A stretch of 28,640 nt of DNA, from the IMG/VR virus record IMGVR_UViG_3300038675_000685, positions 1-28,640 of that record; one strand, 5' to 3'. The notes under the pieces were generated by a model that made no database searches, had not been told where the DNA came from, and saw only the letters and a program-made list of their open reading frames with translations. This stretch comes from a virus. Lineage: Duplodnaviria > Caudoviricetes. Made by a program: the position numbers and the translations under genes. This document shows, one piece after another, positions 27,023 to 28,640 of this stretch. Positions within the stretch are counted from its first letter, which is position 1; each line of letters starts with the position of its first letter.

Positions 27023-27373
27023 ATGAATTTTTGGACAAAAATAAAACTTTGGTTTAGAAAAAATAAGAAGATTATCATTTTAAGCAGTATGGCTGTTTTG
27101 GTGATTGTTGGTACTGGAGTTATTTATGTTATTAATAAAGATAAAAAATTATCAATTTCAGATTGGCTAAAAATAGCTACAAAAGAAGAATTAGAAAATG
27201 CACATGAAAAATTAAGACTAGATTATTTGAAAACCGGAGTTAAGGAATACCCGATGGAGCAGATTAGTCAAGAATTAGGTAATCGTGGAGCAGATGAATG
27301 GATTAAGAAACATCCGCGCAATCCTGATCCAAACTATAGATGGACTGATGTAAATAGATGGGATAAAGACTAG
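27023..27373 (+). CDS. Single-pass membrane protein
   Basis: Basic N-terminus then IIILSSMAVLVIVGTGVIYVI. Confidence 0.7.
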   Translation: MNFWTKIKLWFRKNKKIIILSSMAVLVIVGTGVIYVINKDKKLSISDWLKIATKEELENAHEKLRLDYLKTGVKEYPMEQISQELGNRGADEWIKKHPRNPDPNYRWTDVNRWDKD

Positions 27374-27562
27374 ATATAAATTAGTCTTGTCTCTAAGAAA
27401 GAAAATAACAATTTCGAAATTTTATAGGCACATTGTCATAATACCATCTGTAAATATGTTTCTTAGGTTTTTTTGGTGCTTGTGTGTATAAACATAAAAT
27501 GGCAATTTATATGTTATTTGAATACACACAACACCATATTTTCGAGCAATATGGTGCACTCA

Positions 27563-27607
27563 ACGCACGTTGAAACTATCACATTGCTTTCTCTAAAAAC
27601 CGCTTAA
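27563..27607 (+). pseudogene. rlmD: Displaced 3' end of an RlmD/RumA-type rRNA methyltransferase gene (attR)
   Basis: ACG CAC GTT GAA ACT ATC ACA TTG CTT TCT CTA AAA ACC GCT TAA = THVETITLLSLKTA*, matching the terminal HVE motif of TrmA-family enzymes. Confidence 0.75.
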
Positions 27608-27625
27608 CAAAGACATTAATACATT

Positions 27626-27682
27626 TAAACAAGAAGCATTTAACCCAGTTTTTAAGGGGTAAATGCTTCTTGTTTACTTTTT
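27626..27682 (+). terminator. Long hairpin terminator (probably the native rlmD terminator)
   Basis: Perfect 17-bp inverted repeat TAAACAAGAAGCATTTA / TAAATGCTTCTTGTTTA then CTTTTT. Confidence 0.8.
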
Positions 27683-27865
27683 GCCCAATGTGGAAACATC
27701 AAACTATAAGAATATTGTATTTATTAATACGAATTATTGTATGATAAAGAATGGAGTGATGTACTTTAAGGGGTTTAAATCTGAAGAAGTAGTTAATTTA
27801 AAACTGATCAAAAGTTTATGCTTTTGATGTTATATTAAAAAAAGTTACACGAGAAGGTGAAAAAA

Positions 27866-28458
27866 ATGAAAAAACCATTGTTGTTGGTATTGTATTGTTA
27901 CTTCTGGTATTGTTAAGTGCTTGTTCAGACAATGCTGTTTATCAAAAGGGATTTGGTTATGAGAATCATGTAACCGCACCAATTGCAATTGCAGTTATAA
28001 GTGATAAAAAAGTTCATGCTATAGATGATTTTAGTCTTGATTTTTATTTTGGTGCGTATCATGAAATTGGTGCATACTCAAATGAAGACTATCAAATCAT
28101 TTCGTTTGCTCTTTATTTTTCAAACAACGAGTTCTTTACGGAAAATCAAATCGGTAGTAATAATGGAGTGCTTGATTACACAAACATAGCAGATGCTCAC
28201 TTCATTAAAGAGATTAGTATCGCATCATTTAATACAGATGATTATCGTGTCAATATGAATGTTTCTGGTAAGTCTTTTAATCATCATGAGACCATACTAA
28301 TTCCTGATAACACCATACTAAATTATGAAGGTTTCACTTTCACCGTCATTGATATTGTTTATGATCAAACAACTGAACAGTATTATTTTGGACAAAATGG
28401 TTATCAAATCACCATTTACTATACACATTTAGACAACGATTCAATTGAATTGGAATAA
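27866..28458 (+). pseudogene. Host lipoprotein with a frameshift in its signal peptide
   Basis: Lipobox LSAC; SD-supported ATG 27866 is out of frame; one extra A in the A6 run gives MKKTIVVGIVLLLLVLLSAC. Confidence 0.65.
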
Positions 28459-28606
28459 CATAATTTTTATATGATGTTGTTCATTGGATGTAGTGAACTG
28501 ATACCAAAAAATTGTACTTTGATTTATGAAAAGATATTTAAGTAAGTTGATGATTGATTATAAACGCAAGTTCTTGCAAAAAATGTCAATAGTTTGAATT
28601 GCATAT

Positions 28607-28615
28607 TGATATAAT
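28607..28615 (+). promoter_or_regulatory. Extended -10 for a gene beyond the window
   Basis: TGaTATAAT. Confidence 0.45.
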
Positions 28616-28640
28616 CTGATTATTATGCTAAAATTGTATT

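Larger units (their letters stand above)
1..27565 (+). mobile_element. HK97-like siphovirus prophage, right part (left end, integrase and replication genes outside the window)
   Basis: Complete co-oriented head-tail gene order from HNH to holin-like genes; right boundary inferred from the rlmD-like 3' remnant at 27563. Confidence 0.93.

Noticed and set aside
27374-27700. Retron ncRNA, CRISPR array or tRNA in the hairpin-rich gap
   Set aside because: No RT or cas gene, no spaced repeats, no cloverleaf; better explained as att arm, rlmD remnant and terminator
1-28640. Genetic code 4 (TGA = Trp)
   Set aside because: Trp is TGG in long ORFs, and TGA forms ATGA/TTGA coupled stops at 868-871 and 16018-16021

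Overview
Positions 1 to ~27565 are the right part of a low-GC, HK97-type (cos/HNH, siphovirus) prophage, all on the + strand. Gene order: three-gene accessory unit, metK, HNH, terS/terL, portal, protease, capsid, neck, tail, tape measure, baseplate, fibres, a nucleotidyltransferase, two membrane/holin-like genes, then a 7-gene cargo island. I see no endolysin or tail peptidoglycan hydrolase, and TGA acts as a stop. This fits, by inference, a wall-less code-11 host such as an Acholeplasmatales/Izemoplasmatales-like Mollicute. The element ends at an orphan 3' fragment resembling rlmD/rumA (THVETITLLSLKTA*), the likely attR, followed by a terminator and a frameshifted host lipoprotein. Most notable: (i) three putative nuclease morons in the packaging module, two forming an apparent promoter-to-terminator unit straddling the putative cos site; (ii) an endolysin-free lysis cassette with a Pol-beta nucleotidyltransferase; (iii) a metallopeptidase/HEPN/PIN/DUF2971/HEPN cargo island; (iv) a +1/-2 rather than -1 tail-chaperone frameshift next to a tape measure gene with no ATG; (v) paired C-terminal DGG and N-terminal IxxKR motifs in tail-tip proteins. 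All family calls are by-eye motif recognition and synteny; no searches were run.
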